Source of the DNA: Bacillota bacterium
Lineage (GTDB): Bacteria; Bacillota; Clostridia; Oscillospirales; Acutalibacteraceae
Direction: 5' to 3'
NCBI GenBank assembly: GCA_023391275.1
Contig: JAEWBE010000058.1
Location: 1,411 to 65,410, forward strand
Length of the DNA stretch: 64,000 bases
Under the pieces are notes generated by a model. The model was not told where the DNA came from, made no database searches, and was given only the letters and a program-made list of their open reading frames with translations. Each line of letters opens with the position of its first letter. Position 1 is the stretch's first letter. The position numbers and the translations under genes were made by a program. This document shows positions 28,270-37,240 of this stretch, one piece after another.

Positions 28270-29430
28270 ATGAAAAAAGGTAAGCAAATAGCCGCATTTT
28301 CTGCGGCGGCGTTAATTTTAATTCATACATCCATACCCGCTTTTGCGGATGAACGGGCGGCACCGGCGGCTTATACCGTTTCGTATTCCCAGGTAGAACA
28401 AATGGTTCTCAACAATAATCTTGAGGTTGACAGCAATAAACTTACCATCGGCAGTTTGGATGATGAAAATGAACTGAAAGAGAAATATCAAAAAATTTCC
28501 GATACCATTACGCAAACATCTTCCCGCCTAACCGCGATTCTGAGCAATCCGCAGGCATCGCCTGATTTAAAGACAGTCGCACAGGGAACCAATGTGGCCC
28601 TGACTTCCTTGTCAGAGATGCTGAATGCTCAGGAAGACGCTTCTGACGATGATTATGAATTAACGGAACTGGAAGTCAATCTTTCCAATAATCAGCTGGT
28701 AAAATCCGCACAGAGCCTGTTCTCGGTTTATTACCAGCTGCAATATAACATAGAACAGTTAAATAATACGCGTGTACTCCTTGAAGATAATTTAAAAGCT
28801 TCGCAATCACAATATGAATTAAAGCTTGGAACAGCAGTGGCGGTTGAAGACGCAAAGACCACATTAAGTGCATTGGATAACAATATTGCAGATCTGCAGA
28901 ATCAGGCAAAATCGATTACCTATGAGATGAACCGGTTGTTAGGCCACCCCTATAACGATCAAATTATATTTGGAACTTTGCCTGAACCGGACACCAGCTA
29001 TCTGGAAATGATCAACATTGCGAATGATATAGCTGCGGCACAGGAGGCTAGTTTTAAAGTCCGGATAAGCAAAAAAGAACGTTCCATTCTCAGTGACGAT
29101 ACCGCGGCAAACAGAGACCAAAGACAGATTAAGAGCAATGAAGCCGAATTGGAAATACAGGATATTGGTGCTTCACTGGAAAGCCAGTACAATACCGTTA
29201 AAAAGCAGCAGGCTGTTTTAGTAACGGAACAGCAAAAGCTGGCGAATGCAAAATTAAAATCTGATCAGGCTCAAAAGAAATATGATTTGGGCTGCCTCTC
29301 CAAAATAGAGCTTGATAAGGTGAAAAATGATTTTTATGACGAACAGACGGCGGTAGAAACCGCGGCGTCGACTTTGTTCTGGCAGATAGAATCCTATAAA
29401 TGGATTGTGAAGGGACTTCCGGCATCATAA
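28270..29430 (+). CDS. Secreted coiled-coil protein, TolC/OEP-like
   Basis: Signal peptide (PAFA); two repeats of the OEP-like pattern YELKLGT and YDLGCLSK; last gene of the exporter operon. Confidence 0.6.
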   Translation: MKKGKQIAAFSAAALILIHTSIPAFADERAAPAAYTVSYSQVEQMVLNNNLEVDSNKLTIGSLDDENELKEKYQKISDTITQTSSRLTAILSNPQASPDLKTVAQGTNVALTSLSEMLNAQEDASDDDYELTELEVNLSNNQLVKSAQSLFSVYYQLQYNIEQLNNTRVLLEDNLKASQSQYELKLGTAVAVEDAKTTLSALDNNIADLQNQAKSITYEMNRLLGHPYNDQIIFGTLPEPDTSYLEMINIANDIAAAQEASFKVRISKKERSILSDDTAANRDQRQIKSNEAELEIQDIGASLESQYNTVKKQQAVLVTEQQKLANAKLKSDQAQKKYDLGCLSKIELDKVKNDFYDEQTAVETAASTLFWQIESYKWIVKGLPAS

Positions 29431-29633
29431 AGCTTCCGGTTCCCGATTTATGTACCTTTTTGTGCAAATTCCAAAAAGCCTTTAATCCGGCAATCTCATC
29501 TGACTTTGTTTTTGACAGATTGTTCTGCACAAAGAGATATATAAGCGGCCAGAGAATGATATTATAAAATATTAGTAAAAAAGGCACCCTTTTCAGAGTG
29601 CCTAAAAAATTGTAAACCACTTAGTGGTCTTAA

Positions 29634-30011
29634 TTAATTGCAGTGATTTTTACAGTCGCAAACATGGTCATGATCATGTTCTTCATGGTTGCATGCGCCG
29701 CCCATATCATTTAAACTTCCAGAAAGATAGGCATTCACTGCATCTTCAATATTGCCTTCGATACCGGAAATGAGCTGAATACCGGTCGCTGACAGCATCT
29801 GCTTAGCTCCATCACCGATACCCCCACAAATTACTACGTCCACACCCGAATTCTTTAAAAAGCCTGCCAGCGCGGCATGACCGTTTTGACTTGCGTCAAT
29901 TGCTGTTTTTTCCTGAATTGTACCGTTCTCAGCAGAAAATACGGTAAAAGTCGGACACTTGCCGAAATGCTGAAAAATCTGATTACCCTGTGTTGTTACT
30001 GCAATTTTCAT
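29634..30011 (-). CDS. NifB/NifX-family (dinitrogenase FeMo-cofactor-like) protein with His/Cys-rich tail
   Basis: MKIAV, QHFGKC, VICGGIG; GGAGG RBS before ATG at 30011. Confidence 0.88.
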   Translation of the reverse strand: MKIAVTTQGNQIFQHFGKCPTFTVFSAENGTIQEKTAIDASQNGHAALAGFLKNSGVDVVICGGIGDGAKQMLSATGIQLISGIEGNIEDAVNAYLSGSLNDMGGACNHEEHDHDHVCDCKNHCN

Positions 30012-30182
30012 ACCTGTTTTTCCTCCAAATAATCTTCCATAATTTTTGCGGCGCTTTTTACAAGCCCCACGCATGGACGTTTTTATAATATCCCGACATT
30101 CTTGCTTCAGAAACCGGGTCGCCCGCCTGGTTTGGAAGTCCCGGCAGTTCCCTGCAAACAATAGAACCTTTCTTCCCCATTA

Positions 30183-30536
30183 TCACTCCGTAGTTTCTAT
30201 TCTCTTTTCAAATCTGCAATTTTTACATCTTCTGTGACATCCGCACGGGTGCTCAGCCAGCTCGTAATTTCCGCCGCCAATTTCAATCGCTTTGCCTGTA
30301 CAGAGAGCTTCCGCTATTTTTTTTCGGGCCTGATACAGCATCCGCTGAAAAGTTGCTCTCGAAACATTCATGCTAATGGAAGCTTCATCCTGTTCAAGAT
30401 CTTCCATATCGCAGAGCCGTACCGTTTCCAGTTCTTCAACTGTAAGCAACACGGTTTCACAGCATGAATTTTTGGGAGTAAATATCCGGTTATCCGGTAC
30501 AGCACAAACTCTGCGACACTTAAATCCTCTCGGCAT
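30183..30536 (-). CDS. DUF134 DNA-binding protein
   Basis: MPRxxKCRRV, EELETVRLCD, MNVSRATFQR, IEIGGG. Confidence 0.88.
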   Translation of the reverse strand: MPRGFKCRRVCAVPDNRIFTPKNSCCETVLLTVEELETVRLCDMEDLEQDEASISMNVSRATFQRMLYQARKKIAEALCTGKAIEIGGGNYELAEHPCGCHRRCKNCRFEKRIETTE

Positions 30537-30554
30537 TTCATACCTCCAATACTT

Positions 30555-30604
30555 AATGGGCATATGCACAAATACAGTATAATGTGCATATGCCCATTTG
30601 TCAA
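30555..30604 (-). promoter_or_regulatory. sigmaA promoter overlapped by a 16-bp perfect inverted repeat
   Basis: Minus-strand TTGACA (30604-30599)-17-TATACT (30581-30576); AATGGGCATATGCACA / TGTGCATATGCCCATT. Confidence 0.75.
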
Positions 30605-30631
30605 TATTTTTTTTGATAGAATCAGCTGCCG

Positions 30632-30659
30632 ATTTATCATAAGCTGATTTATGATAAAA
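30632..30659. other. dif-like 11-6-11 palindromic site
   Basis: ATTTATCATAA-GCTGAT-TTATGATAAAA at the boundary between host-type genes and the island. Confidence 0.45.
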
Positions 30660-30703
30660 TGAAATTTAAAATCATTTTTGAATTTCAGATTATTTACAAT
30701 GTA

Positions 30704-31081
30704 TTATTGTTGCAGTCGCTCCACAATATTGGTATCCGCCGGGCAAAAGTCATAATTTTTCAATTCGTTCGGCAAAACCCATTTAATATCTTGATGTATA
30801 TTCATTTTCATTTTTCCGCTGATATAATCTGCAGTGAAAAAGGTGAATGCAATTTCTCTGTCCGGATATTTATATGTAGTTTCTGCAAAGACACACTTAA
30901 TAGCGATATTGATTTCCAACTCCTCTTTGCACTCCCGAATCAAACACTCTTCTAAAGTTTCTCCCGGTTCCAGCTTTCCGCCCGGGAACTCCCAAAGGGA
31001 AGCACAACTTCCACCTACCCCACGCTTACAAATAAGGATTTTATCATTTTCCCGAATGATTGCTGCTGCCACCTGCGTCAT
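30704..31081 (-). CDS. MutT/NUDIX (d)NTP pyrophosphohydrolase
   Basis: WEFPGGKLEPGETLEECLIRECKEEL Nudix box. Confidence 0.93.
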   Translation of the reverse strand: MTQVAAAIIRENDKILICKRGVGGSCASLWEFPGGKLEPGETLEECLIRECKEELEINIAIKCVFAETTYKYPDREIAFTFFTADYISGKMKMNIHQDIKWVLPNELKNYDFCPADTNIVERLQQ

Positions 31082-31138
31082 TTTATTATTCCCTCTATCC
31101 AATTCCAAGATATGTCCGATTGTCTTGCCGTACAGTTT

Positions 31139-31836
31139 TCAATCTATATTTTTAATCTCCTTACACTTTGGATAGTTCGGACAGCCATAGAATTCTTTCC
31201 CGGCTCGATCACCATGAGCAGCTTTCTTCTTACCATTTCCACACCACATTTAGGACAAATTGGTGCAGCGTTATTTCGCGTTTCTACTGCCTGTTTTGTT
31301 GTATCGTTTTGAATGTTTTCTTGAATCTGTAATGGTTTTTCACTGATTGCACTCTCAATATCGATTAAATCCTGCTTACTGTATCCACTCTTAAACGGTA
31401 CATGAATTAACGGTATCTGAGAAACTTCAAACACTTTATCGATGAAAACATCTCGTTTTTGCCGATCTGCTTTTGCATGGCTGCTATCATCCAACTCAAC
31501 CGCACATAATACATCCATTGTAAGCGAGCTGCAGAGAACGAAGTCTACATGTTTCTTTGCAATCCAATTAAAATACTTCATGTATTCTTTTCCTGTACCT
31601 GTACCGACAAAGACAATTTCTTTGACTGCAACTTTTGGGCAAACCGTAATTTTGTCAGCATAATATGTATTTAAAGTATCATAAAACATCTTTTCAGCTT
31701 TACTTAGAAAATCATCACGTTTCTTGTACGGCAATTTTCCATCTATTTTTTCTTTATCTTTGCTTTTTTCTGACAAATTGGAAATAACGAACAGAACAAT
31801 AAGGACAGCAATGACGACATATAAAAACGAATTCAT
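31139..31836 (-). CDS. DUF2726 protein with C-terminal topoisomerase-type C4 zinc ribbon, frameshifted near the 3' end
   Basis: N-terminal TM helix, KHVDFVLC...AVELDDSSH...RDVF; CPKCG in frame 0 and FYGCPNYPKC in the shifted frame after about 31224. Confidence 0.8.
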
Positions 31837-31837
31837 A

Positions 31838-32161
31838 TTACTTTTCCTCCACAACTGTTTTTAATAAAATTTTCTTTCTAAACGCGCCACGTTTTTCTGC
31901 TTTACTGACCCTTATATTTTCTAAGTCAGCAACTGAATATCCTTTTACTTCTGTTATGGCATACATTACTTCCAGCATATCTGCCAGCTCTTCGAGCTCT
32001 TTGCTTTTCTGATACTCGTTCAACTCTTCAGAAAGCTTTTCATCAAGCATTTCGATATACTGCTTATCTGACAGAATATCGCATATGGCTTTTTTATGAT
32101 CTTTTTCAATAATCTCAGGGATTTTGTCGCGAACAAGTTTGTTATAGGTAATGGCTGTCAT
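31838..32161 (-). CDS. MazG-like / phosphoribosyl-ATP pyrophosphohydrolase-like NTP pyrophosphatase
   Basis: YNKLVRDKIPEII, EELNEY, EELADMLEV, KRGAF. Confidence 0.85.
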   Translation of the reverse strand: MTAITYNKLVRDKIPEIIEKDHKKAICDILSDKQYIEMLDEKLSEELNEYQKSKELEELADMLEVMYAITEVKGYSVADLENIRVSKAEKRGAFRKKILLKTVVEEK

Positions 32162-32180
32162 ATAAATCACGTCCTAACCT

Positions 32181-33677
32181 CTATACATGCTCAAATTTCT
32201 TATTATAATAGTAACCATTTGATAAATTCGGTTTCTTAAAAGATTCAATATTTGTACGTTTGGTCTTCCGATTGGTAATCTCCGCATTAATTTCAGCAAG
32301 TTGCCTCTTCACGTTTTCATACCGCTCAACCAAAGAATCATACCGGAGCTGGTAGTCCGCCTGGTCGAGTGCAGTTTGGGCATTTTCAGCTACAGCCTGC
32401 TGCATAAATTCCAGCACCACATCGCATTCGCTTTGAAGGGATTGTGCTTCTTTTTCAAGAGCCGTGTTATCGGTCAAATCATCAATAATATCATCGTAGG
32501 CAGCAAAAACACTGTCTCGGTCGGTAATCATGCTGTTAAAAGCATCTATAAAAAGGGTTTTTAGCTCGTCTTCGTAAAAATGCGGTGTGGTGCATTTTTC
32601 TTCGTTTTTGAACTTGCCATTACACTGCCAAATAACCCGCCGGTATTTTGATGTGCTATGCCATACCTTGCTGCCGTACACTCCGCCGCAATCGCCACAA
32701 ATGATACGGCTAGAAAAACAGCTTGTGCTGCTGGTGTATCGCTTTCCTTTCCGTTTCTCCAGTTCGGATTGAACTAAGTCAAATACCTCTTCTGACACAA
32801 TGGAGGGATGGCTGTTGGTTACATAATACTGCGGAACCTCGCCCTCATTAGCTTTCCTTTTCTTGGTCAAAAAATCAACCGTAAAGCCCTTTTGCAGGAT
32901 GGCGTCGCCTTTGTACTTTTCATTAGTAAGGATGCTTTGGACTACACTTGACTGCCAGTTCCTCTTGCCGCCCGGTGTCGGAATATTCTCCGAAGTGAGA
33001 TGCCTGGCAATCGCCGACGGTGACTTTCCGTCCAAAAACATCTGATAAATCAAACGTACAATTACAGCTTCTTTTTCGACGATTTGTGGGTTACCGTCCT
33101 CTCCACGCTCATAGCCAAGAAACTGCTTATATGGCATACTAACTTTTCCATCGGCAAAGCGTTTTCTCTGGCCCCACGTAACATTTTCTGATAAACTCCT
33201 ACTTTCTTCCTGCGCCAAGGAGCTCATAATTGTGATGAATAGTTCGCCCTTGCTGTCCAGCGTATGTATATTTTCCTTTTCGAAATATACCTCTACCCCT
33301 TTTTCTTTAAGCTTCCGGACAGTAGTCAAGGTATCAACGGTATTGCGGGCAAATCGGGAGATCGACTTTGTAAGAATGAGGTCTATCTTGCCACTAAGTG
33401 CGTCGGCAATCATACGTTTGAAACCATCGCGGTTTTTCGTACTGGTACCGGAAATTCCTTCATCGGTGTAAACGTTCACAAACTCCCATTCCTCATTTTC
33501 TTGTATGTGCCGTGTGTAATAATCAACCTGTGCTTCATAACTGGTGAGCTGCTCCGCGTTGTCAGTCGAAACTCGCGCATAAGCAGCCACACGCTTTCGT
33601 GACGCAGGCATTGCAGAATTTGTACTGTACATTCTTATAGTAGGTGGTATTACAGTAACCGCTCTTGCTGTATTCAT
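32181..33677 (-). CDS. Large serine recombinase (C-terminus possibly truncated)
   Basis: AYARVST, DEGISGT, KSISRFAR, recombinase domain, CGDCG zinc ribbon, coiled coil. Confidence 0.93.
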   Translation of the reverse strand: MNTARAVTVIPPTIRMYSTNSAMPASRKRVAAYARVSTDNAEQLTSYEAQVDYYTRHIQENEEWEFVNVYTDEGISGTSTKNRDGFKRMIADALSGKIDLILTKSISRFARNTVDTLTTVRKLKEKGVEVYFEKENIHTLDSKGELFITIMSSLAQEESRSLSENVTWGQRKRFADGKVSMPYKQFLGYERGEDGNPQIVEKEAVIVRLIYQMFLDGKSPSAIARHLTSENIPTPGGKRNWQSSVVQSILTNEKYKGDAILQKGFTVDFLTKKRKANEGEVPQYYVTNSHPSIVSEEVFDLVQSELEKRKGKRYTSSTSCFSSRIICGDCGGVYGSKVWHSTSKYRRVIWQCNGKFKNEEKCTTPHFYEDELKTLFIDAFNSMITDRDSVFAAYDDIIDDLTDNTALEKEAQSLQSECDVVLEFMQQAVAENAQTALDQADYQLRYDSLVERYENVKRQLAEINAEITNRKTKRTNIESFKKPNLSNGYYYNKKFEHV

Positions 33678-34987
33678 AGTGTTTTCTCCCTTCGAACGTA
33701 TTCTTTTTGCCGCTCGCTGGCCTTTTGCCGCGCCTCAGCGTTCCAACTTTCGCTGCGTGAACGATCTTTCCATTCGCGGTGTTCTGAATGACCGTCTTTG
33801 AAAAGGAATATAAGTTGATTCGGCCCCGGCACCTGTATCTCCGAAATTTGCTCATCGAAAATGGTGGCATCAAACTGCGGCAATTTTAGCACCTCAGCCG
33901 TGAGCGTTAGTAGGCTTTCTTCAGGAATCTGCTTGGTGTGACAGGCTGATTTGCCTTCCTGTAAAAAAGTGGCGCAGTTCCAATATACTCTGCCGTGGCA
34001 GGCCTGCCGCTTATAAAACTTACCACATTTTGTGCATCGAATCATGTGTGTAAGCGGATATCGAGAAGTAGTCAGCGCTTTGGCAGTAGACTTTTCTTTG
34101 CTGATGTCCAGCATTGCCTGCACCTTTTGGAAAGTTTGAGCATCAACAATTGCTTCATGCGTCTCTTCAGCAAAATACATAGGAAGCTGCCCACTGTTAC
34201 GTGAAAGAGTCTTGGTTAAATGGTCGACCACATAGCGTTTCTGCAGCAAAGCGTTACCGGCATATTTCTCATTTCTGAGCATAACTTTAACACTTCTGGC
34301 AGTCCATTTTCCACCAAATAATGTAGGGACGCCTTCCACTTGAAGCCTATGTCCAATTGCCGTTACCCCTTCCCCATTCATATAATCACGGAAAATTGAG
34401 CGCACTATTTCCGCCTCTTTTGGTTCAATCCTCATATTACCGTTTACGCTGCGGTAACCGAACATAAACCGCCAGTTGGCAGGCTCACCGGCTTGAAACT
34501 GCTTCCGTATCCGCCATTTACAGTTTTCGCTGACTGAACGACTTTCCTCCTGCGCAAAAGAAGCGAGGATGGTAAGCATCAGCTCTCCATCCCCGCTTAT
34601 AGAGTGTAAATTTTCTTTTTCGAAAAAGACGTCAATATCCAGACTTTTTAGTTCTCGCACTGTTTCCAGCAACGTCAGAGTGTTTCTTGCAAAACGCGAT
34701 ATTGACTTTGTGATAACCATATCAACTTTACCCGCCCGACAATCCGAGAGCAATCGCTGGAACTCGGCGCGGTCATCTTTTGTACCGGTTAAGGCTTCAT
34801 CGGCATAAGTGCCAATGTATTCCCAGCCTGGATGCTTTTGAATATAATTGCTATAATAACTAACCTGCGCTGAAAGAGAGTGGAGCATAGCATCTTTGCC
34901 GCTGGAAACTCTAGCATAGGCTGCAACTCGCGTTTTCTTTGGTATAGCAAGAACACTGGGATTCAATTTTCGAATGGTTCGTTCCAT
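33674..34987 (-). CDS. Large serine recombinase
   Basis: AYARVSS, KSISRFARN, NEKYAG, CTKCG zinc ribbon. Confidence 0.93.
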   Translation of the reverse strand: MERTIRKLNPSVLAIPKKTRVAAYARVSSGKDAMLHSLSAQVSYYSNYIQKHPGWEYIGTYADEALTGTKDDRAEFQRLLSDCRAGKVDMVITKSISRFARNTLTLLETVRELKSLDIDVFFEKENLHSISGDGELMLTILASFAQEESRSVSENCKWRIRKQFQAGEPANWRFMFGYRSVNGNMRIEPKEAEIVRSIFRDYMNGEGVTAIGHRLQVEGVPTLFGGKWTARSVKVMLRNEKYAGNALLQKRYVVDHLTKTLSRNSGQLPMYFAEETHEAIVDAQTFQKVQAMLDISKEKSTAKALTTSRYPLTHMIRCTKCGKFYKRQACHGRVYWNCATFLQEGKSACHTKQIPEESLLTLTAEVLKLPQFDATIFDEQISEIQVPGPNQLIFLFKDGHSEHREWKDRSRSESWNAEARQKASERQKEYVRREKTL

Positions 34988-35036
34988 AACGCGCCTCCTT
35001 TCGTATGTTGTATGTTACCTCTAAATCGCTATTGTA

Positions 35037-35207
35037 TCAAGCTAAATTAGGACATAAACCTTCCGATATAGGGTGGTACTTTTTCATAAGTTTTGTATCT
35101 ATAGCCTTATAATCATTTGCATCAATTACGCCCTTATTGAGCATAGAATTTGCTATTGAAAGGGCCACCCGGTAACGCTTTTCACGGTCAAACTGCTCGT
35201 GTGTCAT
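35037..35207 (-). CDS. Small SHOCT-like protein upstream of the recombinases (not in ORF track)
   Basis: Manual translation MTHEQFDREKRYRVALSIANSMLNKGVIDANDYKAIDTKLMKKYHPISEGLCPNLA (56 aa); position typical of tandem-recombinase modules. Confidence 0.7.
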   Translation of the reverse strand: MTHEQFDREKRYRVALSIANSMLNKGVIDANDYKAIDTKLMKKYHPISEGLCPNLA

Positions 35208-35616
35208 TTTCTATTCTCGCTTTCCCGAAACGGTGAGATATATAACAGGTGTGACTGCAGTACTTTCTGTCATCACCATAACTTTCAAATTCATCACCAC
35301 AAGCGAGACAAGTTCGCCTGCAGACACCATTTTTATTCACTTTATCCCGATTGGCATTCCACCAATGCAGGCGACATTCATTCGAGCAGAACTGTTTGGG
35401 TTTCCGCTTCGGTACGTTATTCAGCGGCTTTCCACATTGCTTGCAAAAGCCGCTGTTGTTGGTATCAATTTGCTTTATATCAGTTGTTTTCAGATTATTG
35501 CGGCTGCAAAAAGTCTTGATTGTACCTTCCGGCACCCCGAGCTTTTTGGCTATCTGTGCATAATTTTCACCTGCAAGGCGAAGTCTTCTGATGGTGCTTT
35601 TTACTTCATTGGTCAT
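35188..35616 (-). CDS. HTH plus zinc-finger DNA-binding protein
   Basis: YAQIAKKLGVPEGTIKTFCSR helix-turn-helix; CKQCG..FCSNEC and CLACG..YCSHTC; GGAGG RBS. Confidence 0.8.
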   Translation of the reverse strand: MTNEVKSTIRRLRLAGENYAQIAKKLGVPEGTIKTFCSRNNLKTTDIKQIDTNNSGFCKQCGKPLNNVPKRKPKQFCSNECRLHWWNANRDKVNKNGVCRRTCLACGDEFESYGDDRKYCSHTCYISHRFGKARIENDTRAV

Positions 35617-35637
35617 GTTTTCCTCCAAAGATAAGAA

Positions 35638-35662
35638 AAGGAGCAGTCCCGAAGGACTGCCC
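35638..35662 (-). terminator. Intrinsic terminator after the lysis module
   Basis: Minus strand GGGCAGTCC-TTCG-GGACTGCTC then CTTTT. Confidence 0.75.
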
Positions 35663-35685
35663 AAAAACTCATGATTTCCTTGATA

Positions 35686-35982
35686 TTACTGTGATGTGTC
35701 GGATGTCTTTGCGCCTTGAAGCGTCTCAATCAAATCAAAGATATAGTTACTGCCACGGCTGATTAAAATACCCGTCAAAACTGTTCCCACAAACGGAATT
35801 GTGGAAGTAATACCGAGCAGTGAGAAAATATCCACGTTATATACCAGCGTGACTGTTACGCCCAGTCCGATTCCAACGAGCATTTGCCATTGCGGTTTTC
35901 CAGCCACAAAAAATGTTTTCAAGTATGTAATCAGGCCTTCGACGATAATTGCCATTAGAGTTAAAGATATAAATTGTGTCAT
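35686..35982 (-). CDS. Putative holin
   Basis: Small protein with three hydrophobic segments and ISRGSNYIFD, next to the endolysin. Confidence 0.7.
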   Translation of the reverse strand: MTQFISLTLMAIIVEGLITYLKTFFVAGKPQWQMLVGIGLGVTVTLVYNVDIFSLLGITSTIPFVGTVLTGILISRGSNYIFDLIETLQGAKTSDTSQ

Positions 35983-36314
35983 ATGTTGCCTCTTTCCGCC
36001 GGGTCAACCGGCATTTTCTTCATTCTTTCAAATAGCTCTGTGCCTGCCCCATTGCCGCCCAAGGCATGATAAGGGAGGTACAGACAGTCCATATTTTCAA
36101 TATCCTTTATGTCTGCAAAGCCTTTTCGTTCGCAGTCCATATAGCATTGATAAATGCGGTCATGAAGCAGTGCTTTCAGCCCGTCCTCAATTGCATGTTG
36201 ACGGCCACTTTGTTCTCTCTGGTTACTCCACAGCTTTTTTATAACCCACGATATTCCGCCGGTAACCGCTGCAAAAACAACCTGCATCCAGTATTTCAAT
36301 ATCCAATCCTTCAT
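35979..36314 (-). CDS. Phage lysis-module membrane protein (holin-associated)
   Basis: N-terminal TM helix, ALLHDRI, YHALGGNG; lies between endolysin and holin. Confidence 0.65.
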   Translation of the reverse strand: MKDWILKYWMQVVFAAVTGGISWVIKKLWSNQREQSGRQHAIEDGLKALLHDRIYQCYMDCERKGFADIKDIENMDCLYLPYHALGGNGAGTELFERMKKMPVDPAERGNI

Positions 36315-36326
36315 ATTTCCACTCCA

Positions 36327-37223
36327 TCACTTTATATGAACTACAAACTGCTTCACGCCGTTGACATAGATTCCGGCGGCAGAGCCTGATTTTCCAAATC
36401 CGACAAGATAGAAGAAACTGTCGTTGCTACTGCGATACCGGGGCAGTAGGGACGCTACTCCCTGAGTGCCGATCGCAGCCATCGGGGCCTGCGGAGAAGT
36501 CACCTTAAACTGGTAGGCCTGTCCCGGCGCTAGCGAAATGTCGGTTGTGGTATCGCACTTAAAATTGACCGGCTGGGGTTTTGGGAAGCCATTGTACCCA
36601 CCCGCGCGGATAATTGTCGTATAATCCTTGAATGCCATGTCCATATCCACCGCCCCGGTGATGCCCGGAACCGTACCTGCACTGCTGGTCTGCTGGATGC
36701 CGCACGGAAAATCAGGAGTGCCGGAGTAATCCGCCAGCCAGACATCATAGGATTTTATGGTGTTGGCGCTGAATTTACCCGACCGGATAAAATCGCAGTT
36801 GGTATAGAGGTTCACGAACCAACCTTCCTTTTTTATCATATCCAGAAACGTGTGTGCGATGGCGTCGATCAGGTCATTGCCCGGATTGATTCCTTGTTTC
36901 TGCGCGTAGGCGATGCTGTCATACTCGTAGTCAAACGCAACAGGAAAAGTCAGTTTACCCTTATACGGCGCGAGGACTTGGCTGAAAATGGTGGCTTCCT
37001 TTGCCGCATCCGTCACCGCCACAGCGTAACTGAACCAATATGCACCCACCGCGAGTTTACGGGAAAGCGCCCCTTTTACGTTTTCATCGAACTTCGGGTC
37101 TTTCTGTGAAATATCATTTCCGTACCCGGCCCGGACAAGAACGAAGTCGATACCGCTTACCTTCCTCCAGTTGATTGTGCCTTGAAATTTGCTGACGTCA
37201 ATGCCTTTTAGTTGTGCCATCAT
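36327..37223 (-). CDS. GH25 muramidase endolysin
   Basis: GIDVSKFQG, GAYWFSY, FDYE (DxE), WLADY, VDMD. Confidence 0.9.
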   Translation of the reverse strand: MMAQLKGIDVSKFQGTINWRKVSGIDFVLVRAGYGNDISQKDPKFDENVKGALSRKLAVGAYWFSYAVAVTDAAKEATIFSQVLAPYKGKLTFPVAFDYEYDSIAYAQKQGINPGNDLIDAIAHTFLDMIKKEGWFVNLYTNCDFIRSGKFSANTIKSYDVWLADYSGTPDFPCGIQQTSSAGTVPGITGAVDMDMAFKDYTTIIRAGGYNGFPKPQPVNFKCDTTTDISLAPGQAYQFKVTSPQAPMAAIGTQGVASLLPRYRSSNDSFFYLVGFGKSGSAAGIYVNGVKQFVVHIK

Positions 37224-37240
37224 TTCGTACCCCTTTTTCA

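Noticed and set aside
29578..29604. Hairpin sharing TTTTCAGAGTGCCTA with 44500-44528
   Set aside because: Both look like ordinary minus-strand terminators; no evidence of a mobile repeat
29634..30011. Nitrogen-fixation gene cluster
   Set aside because: Only a lone NifB/NifX-family domain; no nifHDK in the window
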